Assembly (NCBI RefSeq): GCF_002305855.1
Contig: NZ_CP022163.1
Coordinates: forward strand, 7,067,765 to 7,131,764
Origin: Melittangium boletus DSM 14713
Lineage (GTDB): Bacteria > Myxococcota > Myxococcia > Myxococcales > Myxococcaceae
DNA length: 64,000 nucleotides
Direction of reading: 5' to 3'
The notes beneath the pieces were generated by a model. It saw nothing but the letters and a program-made list of their open reading frames with translations. It did no database searches and was not told the origin of the DNA. This document shows positions 23,710-32,540 of this stretch, in pieces. A program made the position numbers and the translations under genes. Numbering within the stretch: position 1 is the first letter of the stretch; each line of letters starts with the position of its first letter.

Positions 23710-24458
23710 GGCTTGCGCAGGAGCCAGTGGATCTCCTCGCCCTGTATTCCCAGCGTCGTCATCGCGGGGAGCTTGCCTCCCGCGCGCTCCCACGCCCCCA
23801 ACACCGCTTCCCGCACCGCGTCCACCCGCAGGGGCTCGTCGGAGAGCAACACCATCACCCGCTCCTGGCCCTTGCCGGTGAACTCCAGGCTCTCGGGCAG
23901 CCAGCGCCGCTCGGCGCTTGGCTCCACCGGCAGGCTTCGGTCCTCCTGCGCGTAGAGGGTGGAGAACTCGCCCGCGTCATCCACCGAGACCGCCAGGACG
24001 AAGTGGTAGGGCCCCGCCACGTACCCCAGGCGCGCCCGCTCTCCTGGCAGGAGCACCTCGATGTCTCCCGGCTGCACGGAGCGCTGGGGACCCCCACCGC
24101 CGATGCGCAGATCCGCCGAGGCGCCTCCTCCCTTGAGCCGGTTGATGGGCTCCGTCGCGAGTAGGGGACGCACCGTCACCGCGAGCAGCACCGTGGCCGC
24201 CACCGCCACCAGGAAGCCGTTGACGCGCGGCTGATCGGGTCTCTTCTTGGCGTCGGCCACGGCGCCCTGGACTCCGGCCACGAAGCGCTCGAAGGGCACC
24301 TGCGCCTCGAAGCGCGCCTGTTCCGCCTCGAGTTCCTGGAGCACTTGCGCGCACGGGGTGCAGGTGGCCACGTGGGCCCGGGCTTGCTGCTCGTCCGCGC
24401 CGGTCAACTCCCCGGCGCGCAACCGCCTCACCGTCCATTCCGTCAGATGCGCGCTCAT
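23706..24458 (-). CDS. Anti-sigma factor (zf-HC2 type), single-pass membrane protein
   Basis: MSAHLTEWTVRRLRAGELTGADEQQARAHVATCTPCAQ carries the HxxxCxxC zinc motif. A TM helix (GFLVAVAATVLLAVTV) and a periplasmic domain follow. ATG at 24458 overlaps the sigma-factor stop by 4 bp. Confidence 0.75.
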   Translation of the reverse strand: MSAHLTEWTVRRLRAGELTGADEQQARAHVATCTPCAQVLQELEAEQARFEAQVPFERFVAGVQGAVADAKKRPDQPRVNGFLVAVAATVLLAVTVRPLLATEPINRLKGGGASADLRIGGGGPQRSVQPGDIEVLLPGERARLGYVAGPYHFVLAVSVDDAGEFSTLYAQEDRSLPVEPSAERRWLPESLEFTGKGQERVMVLLSDEPLRVDAVREAVLGAWERAGGKLPAMTTLGIQGEEIHWLLRKP

Positions 24459-24994
24459 GGGACCTTCAGCTCCTCGTTCGTCAGGGCGGCGAAGCTCTCC
24501 AGCCGTTTGCGCACCGTGGGCACCGAGCGCCCCAGCAACGCCGCCACCTCTTCCAACGTCATTCCATCCACCCAGTAGTGCACCACCGCCGCCTGGGTCT
24601 CCACGTCCACGCGCGACAGCAGCGAGCGCACCAACTCCCGGGTCTCCAGCACCTGCTCGCCCCGGTCTCCCTCGGGCCGGGCCCGTGCGTCCCGCTCGAA
24701 CCAGCGCCGCCAGGGTGCCCGCTCCGCGCGCAACTGGTTGAGGCAGTGGTTCGTGGTGATCTTCATCAACCACGCGAGGGGCGAGCCCTCCACGCGCAAG
24801 GAGTCCGGCTGCTGCAGGACACGGGCGAAGACTTCCTGGGCCGCGTCCTCGGCCTTGGTGGCGTCCTTGAGCAGGTAGCGGCAGCGTCCGTACACGCTGC
24901 CGCCGTACGCCGTGTACAGCTCGCGCAGGAAGACGCGCCGGTCCTTCTGGCCTCCAGCAATGACCTTCAGGGCGGGTTGGGTCGTTCCTGCCAC
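24455..24994 (-). CDS. ECF (sigma-70 family) RNA polymerase sigma factor
   Basis: Region 2 (AEDAAQEVFARVLQQ ... AWLMKITTNHCLNQLR) and region 4 (MTLEEVAALLGRSVPTVRKRLESF). The 179-aa product from the GTG at 24994 is ECF-sized. The ORF-track ATG at 25150 would overlap the upstream lipoprotein gene by 118 nt. Confidence 0.8.
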   Translation of the reverse strand: MAGTTQPALKVIAGGQKDRRVFLRELYTAYGGSVYGRCRYLLKDATKAEDAAQEVFARVLQQPDSLRVEGSPLAWLMKITTNHCLNQLRAERAPWRRWFERDARARPEGDRGEQVLETRELVRSLLSRVDVETQAAVVHYWVDGMTLEEVAALLGRSVPTVRKRLESFAALTNEELKVP

Positions 24995-25032
24995 GAACTC
25001 CTCGTCTCTCCGTGGGGGTGGGGGGGCCGAGC

Positions 25033-26013
25033 TTACAACGACGAGTAGACGGCCGGGGTGAAGACGCAGTCGGTGGCCTCGGTGCCGTAGCCCACCCGGG
25101 GATCGTAGCTGGCGCTCAGGTAGACGCTGGCGAAGTCGCTGTTCCAGCACTCGTTGAGGGTGGCCTCACCCGCCAGGTCTCCGCCCGACAGCTTGACGTC
25201 CGAGCGGCCCGCCCCCGTCTCCGTCCAGCGGCTCTTGATGGTGATGTTCTCCATCAGGGAGGAGGCGCCGGCCGGCTTGTACAGGTCCTGCTGCATCTTG
25301 AAGTCGAACTCGCCGCCCTGGCCGCGCACGGCGCTGAAGTGGTAGTCGGCCTCCCGGCTCTTGTCGCCGTTGCCCAGGCGGAACCGCGCGTCCACCGTGA
25401 CGGGGCTGGTGCTGTCCGGGCGGGCGTACTGGACGTTCAGGGCACCCTCGCCGGAGTCGATCTCCTGCAGGTTCTTGAGCCGATCCGAGTCGATCACCAT
25501 CTCGCCCCGGCCGAAGCCCTGCATCACCTCACCCGCCTCGTCCAACACGGGGGTATGCGTGCCGGTGAGCACGTCCGTGAAGGCCGCGTCCGCCGCCTGC
25601 TTGTTCTTGCCCGCGAGCGCGAAGCTGTAGGTGTTCTCGCCCGTCTTCTTCACCGTGAGCCGCCAGGCGTTGCGCGCCAGCGCCTCGGTGTAGGGACCCC
25701 ACACCGCGGTGTCGTCGGTGAGGGTGGTGGGGGTGTGCTTCGTCACCCGGTTCAGCAGCGCGAGGGTGGACAGCGTGGAGCCGTTGATGAACGCCGTGGT
25801 GCCGCGGGTGAGCTGGTAGAGCTCGCTCGTCTTGTCCTTCTCGAGGGGCTGGACGCCCTCATCGGACACGAGGGCCTGGCCCTTCCGCTGGGGCTCTCCC
25901 ACCTCCACCATCTCCTGCGTGGGCAGGGCGGAGCGGAACTGGGTCTCGGCGTCCATGCGGCCACAACCCGTGAGCACCAGTGCGGCCAACAGCAGGTTCT
26001 TGCGCGTCGTCAT
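25033..26013 (-). CDS. Hypothetical lipoprotein
   Basis: MTTRKNLLLAALVLTGCG is a signal peptide plus lipobox. ATG at 26013. Leads the sigma/anti-sigma/caspase gene string. Confidence 0.7.
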   Translation of the reverse strand: MTTRKNLLLAALVLTGCGRMDAETQFRSALPTQEMVEVGEPQRKGQALVSDEGVQPLEKDKTSELYQLTRGTTAFINGSTLSTLALLNRVTKHTPTTLTDDTAVWGPYTEALARNAWRLTVKKTGENTYSFALAGKNKQAADAAFTDVLTGTHTPVLDEAGEVMQGFGRGEMVIDSDRLKNLQEIDSGEGALNVQYARPDSTSPVTVDARFRLGNGDKSREADYHFSAVRGQGGEFDFKMQQDLYKPAGASSLMENITIKSRWTETGAGRSDVKLSGGDLAGEATLNECWNSDFASVYLSASYDPRVGYGTEATDCVFTPAVYSSL

Positions 26014-26222
26014 GTGTCTCTTCCCCTCGGATGGCCCGCCGGCCGTCATGGCCGCGCGGGTCGTTCGCTGGAAGGACACGGCAGGGCTCGAAAACAGAAA
26101 AAGGACCGTGCGGATAAGTAAAAGCGCAGGAATTTCAAGTCCTTGGAGGCTGGCCTGACTGCTCTCCGAGCGGACTTGGCCGGGGTTGGGGCGCCAATAA
26201 GTCCCGTTCCTACTTTCCCCAC

Positions 26223-27086
26223 ATGGAAATGGAAAAGCGAGACTCCAATCATCCAGGTGAGATGGGAATCGACGCCTCGCTCGCCGAGCGACAGCGCCAC
26301 CCCGAGGAAATCAACGCCCGAGGCCGTGCCGTCGAGGTCCTATTGGACGCCGGCGTGCCCTTCCTGGTCGGAGGCGCCTACGCCTACTCCACCTATACAG
26401 GCATCTACCGGGACACGAAGGACCTGGACCTGTTCCCCCGCAAGCACGACGCCCAGTTGGCGCTCAAGGTCTTGGAGAAGGACGGCTGGCGCACCGAGCG
26501 CACCGACGAGGCGTGGCTCTACAAGGCCTGGCGGGGCGACTACTTCGTGGACTTCATCTTCTCCTCGGGCAATGGCGTGGCCACGGTGGACGACGAGTGG
26601 TTCGAGCACGCGCGCAAGGCGCCGGTGTTCGGCCACGAGTGTCTGGTGTCCCCGGCCGAGGAGACCATCTGGTCCAAGGCCTTCGTCACCGAGCGCGAGC
26701 GCTATGACGGCGCGGACATCAACCACCTCATCCTCAAGATGGGGCATGGGATGGACTGGGTGCGCCTGCTGCGCCGCTTCGACCGGTACTGGGAAGTGCT
26801 GCTCAGCCACCTGATGATGTTCCGCTTCGCCTACCCCTGTGAGCGGGACCTGGTGCCCACGTGGCTGATGACGGAGCTCATGTCGCGCACGCTCGACACG
26901 CTCAAGGAGGGCAACTGGGGCGAGCGACTGTGCCGCGGCACGCTCATCTCCAAGGTCAACTACATGGTGGACATCAACCACTGGGGCTACGGGGACGGCA
27001 AGTCCTGGGACGAGCAGCAGCGAGAGAAGGGAGCGGCACGTGGCACGGGATGCGAGCTCGAAAATCCGTTTGGCGGCGGTCGGTGA
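26223..27086 (+). CDS. Small nucleotidyltransferase-fold protein (pol-beta superfamily), with an ANT(2'')/Lnu-like or AbiEii-like active-site pattern
   Basis: VGGAYAYSTYTGIYRDTKDLDLF is a GG...[ST]...DxD nucleotidyltransferase motif resembling GGWAIDALLGRQTREHRDIDI of aminoglycoside/lincosamide nucleotidyltransferases. A third acidic residue lies in GDYFVDFIF. The 3' end overlaps the next gene by 47 nt. Confidence 0.6.
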   Translation: MEMEKRDSNHPGEMGIDASLAERQRHPEEINARGRAVEVLLDAGVPFLVGGAYAYSTYTGIYRDTKDLDLFPRKHDAQLALKVLEKDGWRTERTDEAWLYKAWRGDYFVDFIFSSGNGVATVDDEWFEHARKAPVFGHECLVSPAEETIWSKAFVTERERYDGADINHLILKMGHGMDWVRLLRRFDRYWEVLLSHLMMFRFAYPCERDLVPTWLMTELMSRTLDTLKEGNWGERLCRGTLISKVNYMVDINHWGYGDGKSWDEQQREKGAARGTGCELENPFGGGR

Positions 27087-27774
27087 TCTGCACTGCCGCG
27101 AGGATCAGCACGGCCGCTTCCGGCAGCTCGTCAAGCAGGTGAACGCGGAGTCGGACATGCTGGTGCTCTGTGGCGACCTGACGGATCGCGGCATGGTGGA
27201 GGAGGGCAAGGTGCTCGCCGAGGAGCTGTCGGCCCTGCGGGTGCCGGCGGTGGCGGTGCTCGGCAATCACGACTACGAGCACAACCTGGCCAAGGAGATC
27301 TGCGGAGAGCTGTCGCGCGCGGGCGTGCACATGCTGGACGGCGATCACTTCATCTTCGAGAAGGTGCTGGGCGTGGCGGGCGTGAAGGGCTTCTCGGGCG
27401 GGTTTGGCAACGCCACGTTGCAGTCCTTCGGCGAGGGCCAGACGAAGGCCTTCGTGCAGGAGGCGGTGCACGAGTCCCTCAAGCTCGAGGCGGCGCTCAG
27501 CCACCTGGACACCCCGAAGAAGGTGGTGATCATGCACTACGCCCCCGTGCCGGAGACGCTGGAGGGCGAGAACCTGGAGATCCGCCCCTTCCTGGGCACC
27601 AGCCGCCTGGCGATGCCCGTGGACCACTATGGCGCGGAGGCCGTCTTCCATGGCCACGCCCACCATGGCTCGCCCGTGGCGAAGACGAAGGGCGGCATCC
27701 CCGTCTACAACGTGGCGATGCCCCTCATGACCCGGCTGCACCCCGACCAGCGCTTCCTGCTGCTCGAGGTGTAG
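27040..27774 (+). CDS. Metallophosphoesterase (calcineurin-like)
   Basis: GDLH (AAVGDLHC), GDLTDRG, GNHD (VLGNHDYE) and GHAHH motifs. GTG start at 27040. Overlaps the nucleotidyltransferase gene. Confidence 0.8.
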   Translation: MARDASSKIRLAAVGDLHCREDQHGRFRQLVKQVNAESDMLVLCGDLTDRGMVEEGKVLAEELSALRVPAVAVLGNHDYEHNLAKEICGELSRAGVHMLDGDHFIFEKVLGVAGVKGFSGGFGNATLQSFGEGQTKAFVQEAVHESLKLEAALSHLDTPKKVVIMHYAPVPETLEGENLEIRPFLGTSRLAMPVDHYGAEAVFHGHAHHGSPVAKTKGGIPVYNVAMPLMTRLHPDQRFLLLEV

Positions 27775-27779
27775 CCCTT

Positions 27780-29270
27780 TCAGGGCGTGCCGGTGGCGGC
27801 GGGCGCGCGCTCCAGCAGCGCCTCGAGGGTCAGGGGCAGGCTGTCGATCGTCTGCTTGTTCAGCTCCAGCACGTCCTCGGACGAGCCCCGGCCCCAGACG
27901 CGCTGGGGCTTGCCCGGCACCGGCGCGCCCACCCATAGACGGGCGATCACCGTGCCCGAGGTGTCCATCAGCGACACACCCGCGGACGTGTTGGTGATGC
28001 CATAGCGCGACCAGTTCCTGGGGTTGGAGTCCACCCGGGTCTCCGCCTCCAGCTTCTGGAGGGAGCCCAACAGGGAGGCCACCGTGAACTGCCTCGCCCG
28101 GCCCGGCATGGGGGACACCACTTCCCAGCGGTTCGAATCCATCGACGTCTCCAGGACGATGGGCTCGCCACCGCCCGGGGGGTGGACGGCGATGCGGGCC
28201 ACCGCGCCGAGTGGGACCGAGAGCGCCTGACGGCTCTTGAACTCCAGCGGCGACAGATCGACGGCGTTGAACAAGGAGGAGTCCACCTGGGCCAGCACGG
28301 GCTCTCCGGGCGCCTCCCTCAGCGCGAACACCAGCCGGTGGCCCTTCACCTCGACCTCCGCGATGCGCGCGCGGATGGCCTCTCCCATGGTGGGCACGAA
28401 GCTCAGCTCCACCTGGGGCTTCTCCAACGCCTTGCGCACCTGGGGCTCCAGTTGCTCATCCGGGAAGCCGAGGGCCACGCGGTCGTGGATGTCCGACACC
28501 AGCTGCTCCACCCGCTTGAGGGCCGCCGGCATCTCCACCGGCCGCACCAATTCCCAGGGTCTGTCGGTGGTGAGCCGCTCCAGGGTGTAGTGGTTCTTGC
28601 GCGCCTTCACCTCGATGCGGATCAGCGAGCGCTCCTCCACGGGGAACACCCGCGGATCCCTCCACCCGTCGGTGTTCTTGAAGAGCGCCAGGCGCAGCGC
28701 GCCATGGGCCTGGTACACGCGCGGGTCGCCCTCGCGCTGGACGTAGAGGGAGCCATCGAAGTTGTTGCTCGCGCCCACGTGGAAGGTGAACGTGTGCTGG
28801 CGCGAGGGATCCTCGGCGCCGCCGCCCTGGGCGTCCGGCACATAGGCCCGGGCCATCACGGTGGCGCGGGGCGGTTTCAAGCCGTAGCGCACCAGGTCCT
28901 CGTCGGTGGGGTTCTGCTCCAGGGCCTCCTTGAACTTCGCCTCGGCGAGATCCCGCGCCAGCGTGTCCACCAGGAGCCGGTCCGCCGGGCCGGGTCGCGG
29001 CGAGGTGATGCGCCAGCCCGCCGCTTGCCGCTCCATCACCGTCTTGCCCTGGGGCACGTCCAGGGAGATCCAGGTGATGACGGGCGGCACCCGGGGGGTG
29101 CTCCCGGTGCCCGCGTCGGGGGACTGGACGTCGAGGAGCGCGGTGGGCGCCTCGGGCTTGGGCTCCCTCCGCGCGGAGTCCTTTCCCTCGAGGTACGCGT
29201 AGAGGCCGAGTGCCACGGCCACTCCCACGGCGGCCAGCATGGAGACGACGTTCTTCTGTCGGGAGTTCAC
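27780..29270 (-). CDS. DUF4340-domain protein (periplasmic, N-terminal TM anchor), accessory to the GldG-like ABC system
   Basis: 496 aa. N-terminal anchor (VVSMLAAVGVAVALGLYAY). Typical DUF4340 architecture that follows GldG homologues. GTG at 29270 overlaps the gldG-like stop (GTGA). Alternative ATG at 29240. Confidence 0.8.
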   Translation of the reverse strand: MNSRQKNVVSMLAAVGVAVALGLYAYLEGKDSARREPKPEAPTALLDVQSPDAGTGSTPRVPPVITWISLDVPQGKTVMERQAAGWRITSPRPGPADRLLVDTLARDLAEAKFKEALEQNPTDEDLVRYGLKPPRATVMARAYVPDAQGGGAEDPSRQHTFTFHVGASNNFDGSLYVQREGDPRVYQAHGALRLALFKNTDGWRDPRVFPVEERSLIRIEVKARKNHYTLERLTTDRPWELVRPVEMPAALKRVEQLVSDIHDRVALGFPDEQLEPQVRKALEKPQVELSFVPTMGEAIRARIAEVEVKGHRLVFALREAPGEPVLAQVDSSLFNAVDLSPLEFKSRQALSVPLGAVARIAVHPPGGGEPIVLETSMDSNRWEVVSPMPGRARQFTVASLLGSLQKLEAETRVDSNPRNWSRYGITNTSAGVSLMDTSGTVIARLWVGAPVPGKPQRVWGRGSSEDVLELNKQTIDSLPLTLEALLERAPAATGTP

Positions 29271-30856
29271 TGATTGCGCCTCGCGAGCCAGATGGCCAGG
29301 CCCACGCCGAGCAGCGACAGGGGCAGCACATCGGTGGAGATGAAGCGGATGCGGCCGAGCAGTGCCGCGTCCAGGGGGAAGGAGGAGGTGGCCCGGTCCG
29401 GGGGACGGATGGTGATCTTGTCGTCCTGGTGGGTCGCCCAGCCGAACACGTTCATCACCAGGTTGCGGTTGCCCTCGTGGCCCCAGTTGCTGTTGAACAG
29501 GAGCTCCGAGTCGCCCACCACGACGAAGCGCGTTTCGTCCGAGCGCCGGAGTGGCCCGGCCCGGGTGTCGCGCGTGCTGGCGATGACCAGGGGAATCTGC
29601 CCCTTGCGCTCGTTCTCGTTGGGGACGGGCTTGTCGTCCGGGGTCGTCTCCACCCAGCCGAAGGGCGAGGTGAGCACCACCGCCTGGGGTTTCACGTTCG
29701 CGGCCAGGACGTCGGTCCGCAGGGTGAGGCCCCGCGCCGTGGGGAACTCGGTGTTGAGCTGCCGCTGGCGCAGGGGTTTGACGAGCTCGTGATCATTATA
29801 GAAGAGCGACAGCACGACATAGGGGTTGCCGCCGTTGAACTGCGCGTCGGCGACCACGCCCGGGTCGATCGCCACGCCATACGCCGCGAGCAGGCCCGCC
29901 ATCTCCGGACCGGACTCGCCATAGGCCTCGGCGAAGTAGATGAGCCTGCCTCCCGCGGCGAGATAGATGCGCAGGGACTCCACCTCGGGCGCGCTGAAGG
30001 GCGCCTTGGGCCCCGCGATCACCACCAGCGAGGTGTTGGGTGGCACGCTCGTGCCTCCCCCGAGGTTCAGCTCCCGGGGGGCGTAACCCTCCCGGATGAG
30101 CTGCCGCTTCATCTCCGACAGGCTCACCGTCCGCCCCTTCTGCCCGGGGCGGGAAACGTCCTGGTCGAGGGGCCACTCGCCGTGGCCGATCGTGAAGTAC
30201 ACGCGCCGCTCGCGGCCGCTCATGAGCCGGGCGATGGCGTTGGTGAGCTCCTCCTCGCTGACGACGTTGAGCAGGACGTGCGCCTGCTGCTCGCCCTCGC
30301 CGCGCGTGAGCACCACCTGGGTCTGGCCGTCGCGCAGCTGGTACTTCGACGCCAGGTCCGGGTGGCGGCGCGGATCCTTGAAGGCGTAGTCGAAGCGCTC
30401 GGGCGCCTCCAGGTGGTAGCGCTCGAAGGTGGTGCGCAGCCCCTCGTAGGCGGGGTGCTCCGGGGGGATGAAGGCCACGGCCTGGATGGGCTCGCTCAGA
30501 CCCGCGAGCGTGCCGAGCGTCTGGGCCGACAGGGTGAAGACCTGGCGCTCCGTCAGATCCCAGCGCCGGTTCTTCTGGTGGGCGAGGTAGTTGAGGGCCA
30601 CCAGCGCGCCCAGCACCGCGAGCACCGTCAGCGCGGAGTTGGCGAAGAAGAAGCTGGAGCGCCGCGAGGCGAACTGGCCGAACTGCTTGAAGTTCGTGGC
30701 GAAGTACACGCCCACGAGCACCGCGCCCACCAGCGCCTTGATGGCGAAGACCGTGAGCGAGCCCGAGGTGATGAAGAGGGTGAAGGGGCTGGAGAGCAGC
30801 AGCAACAGCCCGAAGACACCCAGGATCCTTCCGATGTTGGCCGTTTTCACGCCCAC
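29267..30856 (-). CDS. GldG-like ABC-transporter auxiliary component (ABC_transp_aux family)
   Basis: Roughly 530 aa with N- and C-terminal TM anchors (ILGVFGLLLLLSSPF ... VLPLSLLGVGLAIWLARRNQ) around a large periplasmic domain. The ORF has no internal ATG. GTG at 30856 has GGAG 8 nt upstream; GTG at 30850 is the alternative. Overlaps the gldF-like stop. Confidence 0.8.
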   Translation of the reverse strand: MGVKTANIGRILGVFGLLLLLSSPFTLFITSGSLTVFAIKALVGAVLVGVYFATNFKQFGQFASRRSSFFFANSALTVLAVLGALVALNYLAHQKNRRWDLTERQVFTLSAQTLGTLAGLSEPIQAVAFIPPEHPAYEGLRTTFERYHLEAPERFDYAFKDPRRHPDLASKYQLRDGQTQVVLTRGEGEQQAHVLLNVVSEEELTNAIARLMSGRERRVYFTIGHGEWPLDQDVSRPGQKGRTVSLSEMKRQLIREGYAPRELNLGGGTSVPPNTSLVVIAGPKAPFSAPEVESLRIYLAAGGRLIYFAEAYGESGPEMAGLLAAYGVAIDPGVVADAQFNGGNPYVVLSLFYNDHELVKPLRQRQLNTEFPTARGLTLRTDVLAANVKPQAVVLTSPFGWVETTPDDKPVPNENERKGQIPLVIASTRDTRAGPLRRSDETRFVVVGDSELLFNSNWGHEGNRNLVMNVFGWATHQDDKITIRPPDRATSSFPLDAALLGRIRFISTDVLPLSLLGVGLAIWLARRNQ

Positions 30857-31641
30857 CGCCGTGACTCCACCGCGCGGTGGCAGAGCAGCAGCGCGAGCAC
30901 GATGACGGACACGAAGAAGACGGGCGTCTGGGAGTCCAGCACGCCGCTGAGCATCCCCGACAGCTGCGAGGAGAAGGAGATGTAGTTGAGCACGGAGCGC
31001 ACGGGCTCCTCGGTGTTCTGGGCGAGTCCGCGCAGCAGCATCCACGGCAGGAGCACGGCGAAGGTCACCAGCGCGGCCACCATCTGGCTCTGCGTGAGCG
31101 CGGAGATGAACAGGCCCAGGGCCATGCAGGTGGCGCCCCACAGCAGCAGCCCCGCGTAGCCGAGCAGCACCGTGCCCCACTCGATCGCGGTGCCGGACTC
31201 ACCCGCGCCCAGCCACGTGAGCAGCAGGGGGAAGATGAGCGTGAGTCCGAGCGTGGCGGTGACGATGCCCAGCCCCCCCAGGTACTTGCCGAGGACGATC
31301 TCCACGGGCCGGATGGGCGAGGCCATCAACAACTCGAACGTCTTGTTGCGCCGCTCCTCGGCGAACAGCCGCATGGACAGGAAGGGCACCACGAAGATGG
31401 TGATGATCATCACGCTGTTCCAGAAGGGCACCATCACCCCGTCGGTGAGGTTGCGGAACATGGGGGGCACCTGCTCCCAGCCCGCCTGCCGCGCGTGGGC
31501 CTGGGCTCGCTGGAAGTCGGACAGGCCCGAGACGAAGAAGAAGGACGCGATGGCCTGCATCGCCGTGAAGACGGCGTAGGCCCACGGCGTGGTGAAGTAG
31601 ATGGACAGCTCCTTGCGGGCGATCGCCAGGGCGGTGCGCAA
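30847..31641 (-). CDS. ABC-2 type permease (GldF-like)
   Basis: 264 aa with six TM segments. MRTALAIARKELSIYFTTPWAYAVFT is a typical ABC-2/GldF N-terminus. Confidence 0.85.
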   Translation of the reverse strand: MRTALAIARKELSIYFTTPWAYAVFTAMQAIASFFFVSGLSDFQRAQAHARQAGWEQVPPMFRNLTDGVMVPFWNSVMIITIFVVPFLSMRLFAEERRNKTFELLMASPIRPVEIVLGKYLGGLGIVTATLGLTLIFPLLLTWLGAGESGTAIEWGTVLLGYAGLLLWGATCMALGLFISALTQSQMVAALVTFAVLLPWMLLRGLAQNTEEPVRSVLNYISFSSQLSGMLSGVLDSQTPVFFVSVIVLALLLCHRAVESRRWA

Positions 31642-31668
31642 TGGGGGCCTCCGGGGGATGAGGGAAGT

Positions 31669-32403
31669 TCAGGCCGCGGTCAGCTTGATGAAGATCTGCT
31701 CCAGGGACACGTTCTCCGCCTTGCCGCCATGCGCGCGCACGAGCTTGCCAGGCGTGTCGTGGGCCACCACGTGGCCCTGGTGGAGGATGAGGACCTTCTC
31801 GCACGTCATCATCACCTCCGGGAGGATGTGGGTGGAGAGGATGACGGTGTGCTTGCCCGCGAGCCCCTTGATGAGGCCGCGGATGTCGGCGCGCTGGGTG
31901 GGATCCAGGCCCTCGGTGGGCTCGTCGAGGATGAGCACCGGGGGCGAGCCGAGCAGGGCCTGGGCGATGCCCACGCGTTGCTGGTAGCCCTTGGACAGGT
32001 TCTGGATGACCCGGCCCATGACGTCGCCCAGGCCGGTGAGGCCGCCCACCCGCTCCACCTCGGCGTTCAGGCCCCGGCCGGGCAACTGCTTGAGCCGCGC
32101 CACGAAGCGCAGGTAGCCCACCACCGTCATCTCCGGGTACAGCGGCGGCGTCTCCGGCAGGTAGCCGATGCGCCGTTTGACCTCCAAGGGCTGCTCGAAG
32201 ACGTCGAAGCCCGCCACCCGGGCGCTCCCCTCGGACGGGGGCAACACGCCCGTGAGGATGCGCATGGTGGTGGACTTGCCCGCTCCGTTGGGGCCCAGGA
32301 ATCCCAGGATTTCCCCCTCGGCGACCGAGAAGTCCAGGCGCTCCACGGCGACGCGCTCCCGGTAGCGCTTGGTGAGCTGGCGGACCTCGATCATGGGAGG
32401 CAT
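31669..32403 (-). CDS. ABC transporter ATP-binding protein (GldA-like)
   Basis: Walker A (GPNGAGKST), Q-loop, signature (LSKGYQQRVGIA), Walker B (ILILDEPTEGLD) and H-loop. ATG at 32403 with GGAG 7 nt upstream. Confidence 0.9.
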   Translation of the reverse strand: MPPMIEVRQLTKRYRERVAVERLDFSVAEGEILGFLGPNGAGKSTTMRILTGVLPPSEGSARVAGFDVFEQPLEVKRRIGYLPETPPLYPEMTVVGYLRFVARLKQLPGRGLNAEVERVGGLTGLGDVMGRVIQNLSKGYQQRVGIAQALLGSPPVLILDEPTEGLDPTQRADIRGLIKGLAGKHTVILSTHILPEVMMTCEKVLILHQGHVVAHDTPGKLVRAHGGKAENVSLEQIFIKLTAA

Positions 32404-32465
32404 GAGCGGCTCCGGGGGGTGGAGGGAAGGGAAGGGCGGCAGGCCTTGTGCATGAAGGGCTTCCA

Positions 32466-32485
32466 GTGTGTCTTGCCGGACACAC
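32466..32485. promoter_or_regulatory. Palindromic candidate operator in the divergent gldA-like / aspartokinase intergenic region
   Basis: GTGTGTC-ttgccg-GACACAC is a perfect 7-bp inverted repeat with a 6-nt spacer. It lies about 55 nt upstream of the aspartokinase ATG. Confidence 0.3.
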
Positions 32486-32540
32486 CCAGAGGTTACCCGT
32501 GAGCGTCGCGGGGCCCTAGGAACAAAGCAGCGGGTGGTTC

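Noticed and set aside
24995-25150. Longer form of the ECF sigma factor starting at the ATG at 25150.
   Set aside because: It would overlap the upstream lipoprotein gene by 118 nt and add a Pro/Arg-rich non-sigma N-terminus. The GTG at 24994 gives a canonical ~180-aa ECF sigma factor.
28128-28142. GGTTCGAATCC, a tRNA T-loop-like sequence.
   Set aside because: The flanking bases cannot form T-stem, acceptor or anticodon arms. It lies inside the DUF4340 coding region. A chance match.
32404-32540. Possible lysine riboswitch upstream of aspartokinase.
   Set aside because: The leader is only about 137 nt, shared with a divergent promoter, and lacks L-box conserved elements.
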